From Octopus sinensis (taxonomy: Eukaryota), in contig NC_043020.1 in assembly GCF_006345805.1 (NCBI RefSeq), positions 22,816,001 to 22,880,000 on the forward strand: a stretch of 64,000 nucleotides of DNA, read 5' to 3'. Below, piece by piece: positions 63,801 through 64,000 of this stretch. Numbering within the stretch: the stretch's first letter is position 1; each line of letters begins with the position of its first letter. A program made the position numbers and the translations under genes. Under the pieces are notes generated by a model that saw only the letters and a program-made list of their open reading frames with translations, was not told the origin of the DNA and made no database searches.

Positions 63801-64000
63801 GGTTTATAGTGATCAAAGGTTTTGAGTTGCACATCAGCTCACTTCTTTGCTGCCTGTATGGGTGTGTGAGTGTGCCACGGGTCAGATGTTGAAGTGATCT
63901 CAGAGCAAAGTAAAATGAAGTCTTTTACTCTTTTACTTGTTTCAGTCATTTGACTGCGGCCATGTTGGAGCACCGCCTTTAGTCGAGCAAATCGACCCCA

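Overview
AT-rich eukaryotic genomic DNA saturated with repeats. The SINE, RTE and microsatellite landscape looks like an Octopus (coleoid cephalopod) genome; this is an inference from repeat families. Main contents: (1) 1-8.7 kb, a cluster of four copies of a Neptune-type Penelope-like element (RT plus C-terminal GIY-YIG) as a tandem pair (A,B) and an inverted pair (C,D), with a variant minimal hammerhead ribozyme after the GIY-YIG region in copies A, C and D. (2) One recognisable host coding exon, a SET-domain-only SETMAR orthologue (32539-33364), broken by two 1-bp frameshifts that are probably assembly errors. (3) Two 5'-truncated R4/Dong-like RLE non-LTR elements, both inside (TAA)n arrays. 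(4) RTE and L2-like LINE debris, many tRNA-derived SINEs, MITEs and microsatellites. The least-explained signal is about 15 type-I minimal hammerhead-like motifs from several unrelated short families. Several have palindromic stem III, several sit in elements with inverted end duplications, and one lies behind a tRNA-like head. This suggests a set of non-autonomous ribozyme-bearing elements mobilised by Penelope-like elements. Frequent 1-bp homopolymer deletions suggest unpolished long-read sequence, so frameshifts are not treated as proof of pseudogenisation. Most short ORFs in the track are microsatellite artefacts.
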